Shown one piece after another: positions 40,700-52,575 of a stretch of 64,000 nucleotides of DNA. This DNA comes from Camelus ferus (taxonomy: Eukaryota). The stretch's first letter is position 1. Every line of letters starts with the position of its first letter. The stretch covers positions 109,928,001 to 109,992,000 of the forward strand of contig NC_045696.1 of assembly GCF_009834535.1 (NCBI RefSeq), read 5' to 3'. The translations under genes and the position numbers were made by a program. Under the pieces are notes generated by a model. It saw only the letters and a list, made by a program, of their open reading frames with translations. It did no database searches and was not told the origin of the DNA.

Positions 40700-41238
40700 T
40701 GTAATAGAAAAGAACAAGCCTGACTCCATATTAGATCTGTTTCTTTGGCTTTAACCCTGTGCTCTGTTTCCTGGGCTTAGTTTTGCTGGTTCTGCACCTT
40801 TTGTAAAAAAATGTTGCCCGTAGCCTGAAATATACAGAACAGCCCATTTTTAAGGCTCTATGCTTTAAGGATATTAACACTTTTCCATTCATATAAAGAT
40901 AACAAGTTGCAGAATAGAAAATAACATTTGTTTTGTTGGAGGTTTACAGAGGCACCATGACCTGACCCACGTGGACAGCTGCAGGAACAAAGGATTCCAA
41001 GAACAAAGAATTCCTAGACCAAGAAGTTTGCAACAACCAAGCATACTACCCTCCCCTTTTAGTATAAAAGGAGCCTGAACTCTAACTTGGGGAAGATAGT
41101 TCTCCAAGACATTAGTCTGCCATCTCTTGGTCTACTGGCTTTCCAAATAAAGTCACTCTTCCTTGACCCAACACCTTGTCTCCCAATTTACTGGCCTGCT
41201 GTGCGGCGAGCAGAATGAGTTTGGCCTCGGTAATAACA
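40700..41238 (+). mobile_element. ERV1-class solo LTR nested in a MIR
   Basis: TG...CA termini; 4-bp TSD ttgg/ctgg; TATAAAA 41063-41069; AATAAA 41146-41151; MIR resumes at ctggttctgtaacttgctagctgtg. Confidence 0.85.
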
Positions 41239-42348
41239 CTGGTTCTGTAACTTGCTAGCTGTGGGACCTCAAGCAAGTTTTCTCAGCTTTGTTTTCCTTG
41301 GCTGTACAATAAGGAAGATACCGCCTCACTTCAGAGTGCTTTTGGGGGAGGGAATATGAGTCTAAGAGGCCTAGAGACCCCACACAGTGCCTGCCAATCA
41401 GAAGGTGGAAACTGGTGTTTTTAGTTTCTACTACACTTAGGTCCCCGGGGGGCCGTGAGCTTTGTAATGTTTTCTGAAAAAAGTAGGAGAATCAAAGAAT
41501 ACTTAAATAATTCCACACATTCAAGGTATTTGCAGTTGGATGCTTACCACAAAATTATAGATGTGTATGTCTTTGAAGACAAAATCAACACAAGAAAGCA
41601 GGAAGGACTGTGAGCCCTGTGACGTGGCCACATGGTGCATGTGTGTAAGCATCTCAGTCTTTGCTTGTTTCAGTGATTAACACGAATAGGTTCAAATGCA
41701 TACATACACACACACATCCATAACACGGGGAAGCAGGAGAAGGCTGAGATGCATGGAACCTGCTTCTTGCAGACTCCTCCCTCCCAAGGTCCCCTCCCAC
41801 CACTGTACCCACCACTGCCAGTTCCGCTCCTCATTACAGAAGCAAGTCAGCCTCCATTGCTTTCCAAAGTTCTCATGTGTTGTGTGAGAGCGTTCGCCAG
41901 GATTTGGGCTTTATAGAGACAAGTCTCAGCTTTGGCTTCCTGACTCAAGGCATGTGCTCTGGGGAGGTTCTGATGAGAGCAGTAAGGAAGTAGGAAAAGC
42001 AGGAGGACTTTTGTGGGTGGCAGGTGACAGGGCAGCCTGTGATGGGCTCAGCATCCCTAGAGAAGCCATGGTATCTCTCAGTGCTTGGCTCCTACAAACC
42101 CAAAGGAAACAACACCCCCACAGTTTGGCGTCTGGCCAAGTGGGCTTCTCAGCAACTGTAATGAGATCTTTCAGACCCCAAAGGAAGCCCTGGAGAGTCC
42201 TGAGACCTGACTAAAGAAGCTGAGCACACCGGCACCTGTCTACCCTAAGCTCCAAATTCTCCAAAGCCAGGGGGAGAAGAAACAGAGTTCTGGCCTGATC
42301 GTGCCTGAAAGTCACTTACCTAAAAAGGGCATTTGGTTAGGGTTAGGG

Positions 42349-42854
42349 AAATAAGTTGTGGTATATGTATACAATGGAATACTACTCAGCCATGAAAAAG
42401 AATAAAATAATGCCATTTGCAGCAACATGGATGGACCTGGAGATTGTCATTCTAACTGAAGTAAGCCAGAAAGAGAAAGATAGCACTCATAGGTGGAATC
42501 TAAACAAAAGAAAAAAGGAAAAAGAGGACACTAATGAACTCACCTACAAAACAGAAACAGACTCAACATAGTAAACAATCTTATGGTTACCCGGGGAAAG
42601 GGGTTGGGAAGGGGGAAATTTGGGAGTTTGAGATTTGCAAATGTTAACCACTATATATAAAAATAGATAAAAAATAAATTTCTTTTGTATAGCACAGGAA
42701 ATTATATTCAATATCTTGTAATAACCTTTAATGAAAAAGAATATGAAAACAAATATATGTATATATATGCATGACTGGGACATTATTCTGTATACCAGAA
42801 ACTGACACACTGTAACTGACTATACTTCAGTTAAAAAAACCAAAAAAACAAAAA
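42349..42854 (+). mobile_element. Young 5'-truncated L1 (ORF2 end, 3'UTR, A-tail)
   Basis: ORF 42356.. [32 protein letters not shown]; 3' end actgactatacttcagttaaaaaaac. Confidence 0.92.
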
Positions 42855-44304
42855 CACATTGGGGCTTTTGACCTAACATCCTTCTGGGCTTACTGACAGT
42901 CTGAAGCATCATCTGTCTGCAGCCGCCCTGCCTCATGAGAGCTTGCCGAGGACAGAGGAGAAGAGGAGGCTGGCAGGGATGTGGCAGGGATGGATGGTGG
43001 CAGAGTGTCTGGGGGGAGGGGCGGGCAGGGCGGGGCAGACTCAGGAAGGGCGTCTGCTCTCTCCCGCACCCGCTCACAGGCGGCTCGGAGCCCTGCTTGG
43101 TATTCTTGCCCAGGTCCTAACAGCAGGCTACAGGCTCCTGGCACTGCTCTCCTCGGTTGCCAAAGGTTCACCGCCTGTTCCAGTTAGCCTGGAACAAAAC
43201 GGCTCAGGCAACACAGCTGTGCAGCCTTCTGAAACTGTCTAATTTCCCATTTCAAGGCAGGATGCCCACACTCCAAGGTATAATTTAGGTTTTGGGCAAG
43301 TGTTACTAGATTCACAATTGAATTCTGAAACTCAGCCTCCAGGCTGTGCGTGCTTGGGGATTAAAGCTTTCCTCTGACCTTGTCCCTCCTTCTCCCTATT
43401 ACTGACACTGATACTGGCACTCATGCTAAACTTCTGTTTACTGAGCACCTACTACGTGCCAGGCACTCTACTGAGAAATTTTTGTATATCATTTTAGTCA
43501 ATCTTCACAAAATCTTAGGATATAAAAAAAAAAAACCCTCAACTGGTGTCCTATATAATTATAAGGGTACACACCCTCCACCTCTTTATTATTCTCTTTT
43601 GGGATATAAATTTGTGGATTTAGGTACCTGAATAACTCAATGTGGACTTGGAGGGAGATTTCTAGAGGAAAAGAATAATAAAACCATCTTGTCCACATCA
43701 AGCTGAGGAGAGGAATACACACGCAGAGCAAGGAGAGGACAATGGAAGGTGGTCTGTAACTCAGGACTACATTGGATGGAGCAGCTTTTATGTGCGGCAG
43801 CTTGCCAGGGAACCCACGGAAGCCAGAGGCACCCAGGAAGGCTTCCTGGAGGAAAACCTGCCTCCTCTCACTACCATTCCACAGTTATTCATTTCTTCAG
43901 TCATACAGTCAACATTTACTGAGGGCTAAGCTGAGTGCGGCTTTGTTCTCTGATAAACTGCCTTCCTGGTCTCAGCCATGGAGATGACAGCTCACACCCT
44001 ATCTCCCACCATGGGTAATACAGTGCATATTGGCCAAGAAAATTCTGGCAAATTCTGTAAAGGTAAGTTTATCCATAGGTGGGAAACACTTTATTGTGTG
44101 CTAATGTTTGAAATAAGAATACATACTTATTAAACACGTATTATTATATTAGCAAATATTTCACTCCTGCAAACTGATTCAATATTCAAAAAAGCGTTTG
44201 TGAGCTGGGTCTTGTTCCCTAAAACTGAGGTTCAGAGAGATTTATTCAAGGATGCACATGTAAGTATATTCCTGCTTTTCTCTATCCTCCTTCTCTGTCT
44301 TTTT

Positions 44305-44410
44305 TTTTTATTTAAATTTTTATTTTTATTTTAATGGAGGTACTGGGGATTGAACCCACAACCTTGTGCATGCTAAGCACGCACTCTACCACTGAGCTGC
44401 ACCTTGCCCC
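44305..44410 (-). mobile_element. Vic-1-type SINE
   Basis: ggaggtactggggattgaaccc...gcatgctaagcacgcactctaccactgagct; perfect TSD ttctctgtcttttt (44291-44304 / 44411-44424). Confidence 0.92.
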
Positions 44411-45144
44411 TTCTCTGTCTTTTTCTATTTTCAACTGCGGACACCACTGGTTGCAAAAACCCTTTAGTGGGAATGCTTGATTTCTTTTGCTCCCAGTGAG
44501 GTCACCACCTGATCAAAGGACTCTTGGTTTCAGCAGACCTTGGAGAGAGAGGACAAGCGGATGATTAAAGAGTCAGGCTTGCAAAGGCTGTTCCACTCTG
44601 ATCCGGCTCTACTTCATGCACACAGTCCATACCCTGCCTCTGATCTGGACCCAGAAAATAAGACTAGGATAAAAACTGAGGCACATGCCTGAAAGGCGCT
44701 GATCCCCAGGCCAAGACTGGGGGTGGTGTGACAGCCACCACCATAGCCCAACTTGGGAATGTTGTCTTTTGTGGACACCCTCCTAGCAGTAGGAAGGTAG
44801 CTGCCCTGACCTCCCAGGTAGGGGAGAAGCGGGGATGGTCCCTGTCACTGAAACTTCCTTAGCCGCTCTCCCCCTTACTCCAGCCCCAGCAGCCAACGAG
44901 TCAGGTGACCAAGGTACACAGGCAAACGTGGCCCCCAAATGTGGTCCAGATTTCTTTTAGAATCTAGAACATACAGTGTTTGAATACCACAGATCTAGGA
45001 CTAGGACGCTTGGTAATATGGGGGTTTACGTTCTATTCTTCACCTCTCTACTTCTCTTTCCTGGAGAAGTGTGGAGAGAACATGGGCACTGGAACCAAAC
45101 AGAACTAGGGGTAAACTCACTCCCTAATTGTGTGGCCTTGCAAC

Positions 45145-45620
45145 CATTCCCCATGCAAGCTGGCTATGTTGGGATTCGGTCCCGTGACTTCCATTCGCCA
45201 GGATGCCCTCTTGTTGGTTCTTTACATTTTGCACTGAGTTGGTGTAGTGGACACTGTTGTCCACCAGCCAGGTTCCTCTTTCTGCCCCATAGCAAGGAGG
45301 CCTCTGCTCCATCACTGCTAGGAGGGCTGGCAGCTGAGGACACACAGCCAAGTTTCTCTTCAGGAGCTGCTCTCGTCTCAAGGTGACACCTTCTTCCTGG
45401 GAAACCCACATCCAGTGACTGGTCCACGTGGGGTTAAAGGACTTGCCTCAATTTGGAAGGACTGTAAAGGGCCACCCCAACTCAGGGTGGGCTGAGGCCT
45501 TCAGTGTGACTGCATCGCAGCCCAGCTTCTCCCTGTGCCCACTCCTGATGCCTTACACCCCTACCGGTGCTGAATGCAAATCTGCAGCTCATGGTCTGCT
45601 TCCCGGGAGCTATGTCTGCA
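45145..45620 (+). mobile_element. LTR16-like ERVL LTR
   Basis: cccacatccagtgactggtc...ggctgaggccttc...gactgcatcgcagcccagcttctccctgtgccc resembles recalled LTR16. Confidence 0.55.
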
Positions 45621-45911
45621 AGTTACGGCATCCTGTCAGTGCTGCTGATGCAGGGATGATGACGAGTCTCCCTTCTTCTCAATCCTTTCCTGTGTCTCAC
45701 TCCACAGGGTTCCTTCCACTTCACTTAACATCCCTTTAACGATCCACTGCTTCTGGGTACCCTCTCTCTGGGTACCCCTTCCTGGCTCCAGGCACCCTAA
45801 TTGTGGATGCCACTCTAAATGGTCACAGGTAAGACTTTTATTCTTGACATTGTGTATTTTCTCACATCTTTCCTGAAAGCTCCTTGAGAATAGATCATTT
45901 CAAATTTAATG

Positions 45912-46240
45912 TTTTTTAAATTGAAGTACAGTCAGTTACAATGTGTCAGTCTCTGATGCACAGCACAATGTCCCAGTCATGCATGTACATACATTTTCAT
46001 ATTTTTTCCATTAAAGGTTATTACACTCATATGTGGAATCTAAAAAAGAAAAAAGGACACTATGAACTTATCTACAAAACAGAAAAAGATTTGCAGACTT
46101 AGTAAAACAATCATGGTTACCAGGGAAAGGGGATGGGAGGGGATAAATTTGGGAGTTTGAGATTTACAAATATTAGCCATTATACATAAAAATAGATTTT
46201 AAAAATGTTTCTTTTGTACAGCACAGGGGACTATGTTCAA
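45912..46240 (-). mobile_element. Young L1 with 5' inversion (twin-priming structure)
   Basis: 45912-46024 is the L1 3' end on minus; 46025-46240 is the adjacent upstream L1 segment on plus, by comparison with the 42349 copy. Confidence 0.88.
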
Positions 46241-46616
46241 GTTCAGTTTTAAAATATTCCCTCTTACCCAGTCACGGAGAATGATGAGTGGAGGCTACTC
46301 AGTCCTGTTGGCTGAACGTCTGACAAATCCCTCCTCACTTGCCTCTCTCTCTCAATAACTCATTCAGCACACACTTACTGGGGGTCCTGTCTGAGCTATG
46401 GGGACACACAGATTAATGCTTCCTCCCTACCCTCCGGGAGTTGTTGTTGAGCAGGAGAGCCTTGCGGTAAGGTGGCTGACCCTGAAGCCAGACTGCCAAG
46501 GTTCAAACCTCTGCCTCCACTTTCTAGCTCAGTGATCTTGGGAAAGTTACTGAAGCTCTCTGTGCCTTAGTTTCCTCACCTGTAAGATGGGACTAATAAC
46601 ACTATCTACCTCTTAG

Positions 46617-47170
46617 TGCTAGGTAGTTAGATAAGCAGGGGCACTGGGCAGGTAAGGTGGAGGAGAGGGGGAATGGTCCGGAAGATGGCAGTATGCCCGC
46701 CTTCAGCATAAAGGGGCTTTACTTCCTCTAAATGAGTGCCAGCAAGAAACTGGTTAGAACCCAACAGCTGCAGTTGCGCACTGGCGACAAGGACCTAACC
46801 GGACAGGACCCAATGCTCACTGTAATATAATCAGCATTGCGGTTTAGTCTCTCCTCCCTTGCCAGTGGGTTTTTCTGTGTGCATCATGGGCAAGCCCAGG
46901 CACAAAAAGGGACGAGCGTGACTCAGCACTCCGGGGGCAAATGCCGTCAGTCAATCAAGAGACCGCCTCTAAGCCAGGGTATAAGAAAAGAGGCGAAGAA
47001 AGACCCTTGCTATCCGCTCTTGGATCAACCTGCCTCCTGTTCTTGGAGGTGTAGTTTCCTTATGCTAATAAAACCTTTAAAAGTTTTTGCTACACAACGC
47101 TTTGTCTCCTGTCTGAATTCTTATTTTTGACAAGAACTGGGGTCTTTTCCCTTCCCCTTGTGGAATAACA
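46617..47170 (+). mobile_element. ERV1-class solo LTR nested in a MIR (~46465-47250)
   Basis: TG...CA termini; 4-bp TSD ttag/ctag; TATA-like gtataag ~46980; AATAAA 47067-47072; MIR halves ...ctatctacctc and gattattgtgaggattaaatgag are contiguous in the consensus. Confidence 0.85.
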
Positions 47171-47251
47171 CTAGGATTATTGTGAGGATTAAATGAGTTA
47201 ACATATATAGGGTTTATAACACTGTCTAGTACACAGTAAGCATTATCTATG

Positions 47252-47556
47252 TCTGCACCACCCAATCTGGTAGCCACTGGGCCACATGTGGCTGTAAAGC
47301 ACTCCACATGTGGTTAGTCCAAATTGAGATGTGCTGTAGGTGTAAAATCCATACCTAATTTTGAAGACTTAGTACAAAAAGTGTAGATTATCCTATGAAT
47401 AATTTTTTGTACGGATGCCATACTGAAATGATAATATTTTGAATATACTTGATTAAATAAAATATGTCATCAAAATTAATTTAATTCTTTTATTAATGTG
47501 GCTACTATAAAATTTAAATTATATTTGTGGCTCATATTTCCATTGGACCGTACTGA
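47252..47556. mobile_element. MER33-like hAT-Charlie element
   Basis: gtagccactgggccacatgtggct...tttgaagacttagtacaaaaa...catattt ccattggaccgtactg. Confidence 0.75.
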
Positions 47557-47635
47557 TCTAAGTCTTCGCTATAAAAATAACAATGAAAAACAGAATCTAA
47601 CGATACCACCATAGAGGGAGATGTACTGCCAGAGG

Positions 47636-47829
47636 AGCTGCTCTGAGTGTGACCCCCAGCATCAGCATCCCCTGGGAACTTGGTAGAGACAGACTCTTGA
47701 CTCCCTATTTCAGACCTACTGAATCAGAAACCCGGGGAACAGGCTAGGCAATTTGTGTCTTTTTTTGTTTGTTTTAAATAAAGCCTTCAGGTGATTCTGA
47801 TCTCATCAAAGTTTCTGAGAGGCCCTGCC
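47636..47829. mobile_element. MER5A-like hAT-Charlie element
   Basis: cagcatcagcatcccctgggaacttg...agacctactgaatcagaaac...caggtgattctgat. Confidence 0.8.
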
Positions 47830-49124
47830 CTAAGGGCCTGCAGAGGATCAGCGATTCATTTTGTTAGGGAAGACCATGTCATCCACCTGATTACTATTAT
47901 GGAGAACAGGTAGGGTGGGGACGCCATGCAGAAAATGGTCCAGGCATTTAGGAAGTTTGAGATAAAAACAGATGAGCTACAGCAGTGCTCCATCCCACTC
48001 TGCTCTGCTCCTTCAGATGCTGCTTTTTCTGGAAACAATGCCCTCTGGCCTGGCTGGATTCCCTGTCCCCTGCACCTTTTTAACCTAAAGTGAGCCAGGA
48101 ACAAATGGAATCTGAACTGTCTGCCCGTGGTGTAACCAATTTGCATTGCCTGCAGTGTAACCAATTTGCATTTGTAAAGCACAGCCTCAAAAGATGTGTT
48201 TGTTATCCCTGGGTTGTGTGCGCCACCAGCTGCCTGTGGAGACGACTGGGACTGGGCAGCCCAGGTCCAGAAACAGACTGCAAGAGAGCAGAGGCAGCCG
48301 CTCAGGAGGCAGCCGGTGACAAGTGGGTCAGCTTCTAAATGCAGCTGCTCCCCAGAGCACCCTAAGCCAGCGGAGGATTAGGGGTGGCTGTAGAGATCCT
48401 TTTCCATTAGGAAAAGAGTCCATGCTGACTCCATGATTTTGCACTTTGGATTCACTGGTCTTTATTTTCTCCGGGGCTCTTTCCAAGCTGATGCCTTTCA
48501 ATGGATGAAGTCCAAATTCTGCGCTTGGTCTTCAGTGGGGTCGCACCGAGGCATGCCAGTCCACAGAATTCCATGCATTGCGGTGTGGGTAGGCCCTGCT
48601 GTGAATTAAAGGACCTGCTAAGCTAATGCTGCATTTCTTTCCCTAAGAGAGTGGGATGGGAGTGCTGGGAACAGGGGTCTCCACGGGGTGTCATCATTGC
48701 GGAGGAAGATGCGGGTACCTGACAAACTCAACTTTATATGGAAGCCTTTATATGGAAGCTCTCTGCTCCCCCAACCTCGATTTCATTTTATTTACAGCTT
48801 GTGTATCCACAGCCAATCTCCACTCACAATGACGATATCACCTTCACTCACTGCAAATTTTGCTGCAGAAATTTTGGGCCAACAGCACGGTTTCCATTAA
48901 ATGATTTCTTGGAAATAGCTTTGAGTCTGTGGATCTCAACCAATGTGGGAAAGGTGCTTGCCAGAACATCGCCAGAACATCAATGGTGACAGGTACATAT
49001 AACCCATAATATTAATAATAGAAGTGATTACAGTAACCGTGGTGGTGGTGGTAGTAGTGGTCAGGTAAGTATCATTTATTTGGTCCTACTCTGATCCAGG
49101 TACTATGTTATGTATGTGACTACT

Positions 49125-49610
49125 ATGCCAGACTGTATTTCCTACATGACTACACCAAAATATCTCACCCCACAGGTTCTTCCTACAGTGTGATATTGAC
49201 ATTCATCCAGAGATGGGGTCCGTGTTCCCTCGCCCTGCATCTGGCAGACCTGTGACAATGGCAGAAGAGACACTATGAGTTCCAAGGTCCACTAGAGGTC
49301 ATAAAACGTGACCTGTAGTAAGTCTGGCTTCCCTGAAGCCGCCATTCTGGGTGGATGACATCGGAGATGGAGGGAGATGCCCAAAGGTCCCAGCTCTTTA
49401 AGCTCCCCTGCTGTAGGAGTCCCCTCAGCATCAACTGCCAGATATGTGAGCCTCCGGAGACTTTAGCCCAGTTGATCCCAAGTGAAGCAGAGATGAACTG
49501 TCCCCACCAAGTCCTGTCCAGAATGCAGGTTTATAAACAAAACAAATGGTATCATTGTTTTAAGCCTCTAAGTTTTGGGGTGGTTTGTTACACAGCAATA
49601 GCAAGTGGAA
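49125..49610 (+). mobile_element. MLT1-type (ERVL-MaLR) solo LTR
   Basis: cagcatcaactgccagatatgtgag...tgttttaagcctctaagttttggggtggtttgttacacagcaatag. Confidence 0.8.
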
Positions 49611-50649
49611 CTCCTACACTGTCTCATGTAACTCACACAATAAGCCTTCAAGCTAGGTGTTACTTATCGCAGCTCCCTTACAGATGAAGAAACAAGCAAA
49701 GAGGTTATATAATTTGCCTGAGATCTCACAGCTGGTATGTGGCAGAGTCAAGGTGCAAACCAGGTGTGTCTTGCTCTGTAGGCAGGCTCCGAGTCACCCT
49801 CCACCCAGCCTTGGCTACACACCTCATTCATGTGCTACAGTCCCCAGAGGGTCTGTACCCTGCCGAGACGTGTCTGCTGGATCACACGTGGACATCTGTG
49901 AACAAAGAAGACAACTGGGTCTTTTACTATGTAACAGGTAAGGATCTTCAAAGGTCTGTGGATAAGGCTGTTTCCTTTGCCCAGTATGAAGAAAAGACTT
50001 GGCTTTGAAGTGAGAATGGAAACAAAGCATGTTGGATGCCTTGAAGTTAGATTAAGGCTGTGATAGTCTAGTCCACTTCAGTGAACTTTTAGAGGTTGGT
50101 TGGTTTTATTATTGTTTTTACTGTCCCTAATAGTATTTTAATAAAGAGATGTGTTCTAAAAGTCATATGGCTTTTTGTTGTCTTACTTTGGAGTCTAATT
50201 AGTTTGTAAGCTGGAGATAGCCCATTTGGGATAATCTTTCAGGACTGTAGCACAATCAGATGCATTACTTACATTTTCAATAGCCACTACACCCAAAATG
50301 ACTTTGCAGCTACCCTTGGAATTGGCAAAGTCCCAGAAACAGAGGGAACACCACCAGGGACAGCATAAAGCATAGTTTGACCCTGTGCATGGCAAGTGGG
50401 AGAAAGGGTCACCAGCCTCACTGATGGGAACAGGGACCATCAACCAGAGAGAGCAGCTTTGCTCCTGCAGAGCTGGCTTCTAGACCAGAACCCTTAGCTG
50501 GCAAACCAAGAAGCGAGCAAGGCAGGCAGAGTCTGCTCAGTTCTGTCTATCTCGCAGGGGTTCCCAGACTGTAGGGCAGAGACTTTCAACCATACTGGAG
50601 GGCTAACCTGATCCAACTTCTCATGACCAAATACTCCTTCCTCTTCCAT

Positions 50650-51155
50650 TGCTCCCTTTGATGTTTCCATCTCCCTAGAAAGTTCCCTTGTGTCCCTTTG
50701 CAGTCAAGTCTCCTCCTCTATACCCACTCCAGGCAACCAATGATCTGATTTCCATCATTATAGGTCTGTTTCTTGTGTTCTAGATTTTCACATAAGTGGA
50801 TTTAGAGAGAACCTCTTGTGTCTTTCACTCAGTGTAACTTCTATGAAATGTATCTACTTGCCGCATGTCTCAGTGGTGTGTTCCTTCTTCACTGCTGAGT
50901 AGTATTCCATCACAGGGATCTGCCTCGATTTGTATATTCATTCATCTGCTGATAAATATTTGGGTTGTTTCCAGTTTAGGACCATCATAAATAAAGCTGC
51001 TATGAACATTTGTTTACAAGTCTTTGCACGGACATATGTTTTCATTTCTTTTGGGTAAATACCTAGGACTAGAACTGCTGGGACATACGGTAAGTGTATA
51101 TTTAACTTTGTTGAAAACTGCCAAACTGTTTTCCAACGTGGTTTACCATTTTACA
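50650..51155 (-). mobile_element. Old L1 (L1ME/L1MB-type) fragment
   Basis: ccaggcaaccaatgatctg; gctgagtagtattccat; gggtaaatacctaggactagaactgctggg; aactgccaaactgttttcca. Confidence 0.8.
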
Positions 51156-52575
51156 TTTTTATTTAATTACATTGATCGACAGACTGATTATATAGGTCAT
51201 GAAGAATACTGGCATGACCCAAAAGTCAAAATCAGTACAGTGAAAAGTGTCTCTCCCAGCTTCAATGCACCTCAAGGTGAGTGGTGTTACCACTTCATTG
51301 TGGGCTTTTCAAGAGATAATTGAAACATTCACAAGCAAACGCTTAAGTATATTTCCCGTCTCACTCTTTATACAGAGGAGTGTGTAATGGACACACCTGG
51401 CTTTCCTCCATTAATAATATATCTTGGATACTATTAAAGAGCCATTTTCCAAAATGTGTTCTTAGGAACTCTATACCCATCAGGTGCTCTGAAAGAAAAG
51501 GGTTCCCCGATAAACTTGGGAAAATGCTGCATACTTCAGTTATGTCCCAGTAATTCACAAAACACGTTAGTTTATTAAAGGTGCTAAGAAGTTCTCTGAT
51601 TAAAAACCCGAGTTTCCAAAAAACTTAGACCTTATCATCTTTTTCTTTCCAGCAACACCTATTTAACATTTTGCAGAACTAGAATTCTGAAGAATACTCT
51701 TGGGGAAGCACGAATCTAGACTGCACTTGTATACATTTTAGGCCTTGAGGATACTCAATCCTGCCCCTGCGGGGTGAAAGCAAACCTAGATAAGATGCAA
51801 ATGAACAGGTGCAGTTGTGACTCAGTAAAACTTTATTAACAAAAAGAGCCAGAAGGTTGTAGTTTGCCAACTCCTTCTCTAGTGTATGGTAGTGAGATGG
51901 AAAAGGTTCCAGTGACGTTTTTAAAGTGCTTCTTCACAGTCTCCCGTTTGTGCTTTCTCCTTGCATGCCCCAATCCCCTCACCACGCCAACTAATCTGCC
52001 ATCTTGAGGAGGACAGGAAGGGAGGAGAGGAGGGGACAAAAGCAGAGGGAGAAGACGAGGTTGAGGGGGGTGGGTGGGTGGGGAGAAGAGAGAGGTGAGA
52101 GGGAATTGTGGAGAAGGCATCCACGGAAAACAAACACTGCTAAGGGCTAAAGGATGCTGCCCAGTCTGGAACCTCATCCCTTCCCATGATTCCTCTCCTC
52201 TCCCTCTCCTCTACCCTCCCTACTCCCCACTGAGCCCAAGTGTCCATCTGGGGCACTGGGAAAAGGGCATCCATGCTTCACATGCTCATGGTCCACTGGA
52301 ATAAATGAATGACCAGAGACTGAATGGAGGCTTCTGGAATCTGGCTTCAGCGTCTCCCTCTGAAAGACCATGGAATCCCCAGGACTCCTTCACAGCTTCC
52401 TCACTCTAGGATTCCATGCAATTTCCGTTGCTCTCATTGCAACCATCTGAGGATGTGTCTGCCTGTGGTCAGACATGTGATTCTGGGAGTGAATTTTATA
52501 AGTTCCCTCATGCTAACAACCAGGCAATAGGTATAACAGTTATCTCAGGAAATTCTAGCTCTTCTGTTTTAAGCA

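Noticed and set aside
40700..47170. Full-length provirus between the two LTRs
   Set aside because: The LTRs are unrelated, each has its own TSD, and no gag/pol/env lies between them.
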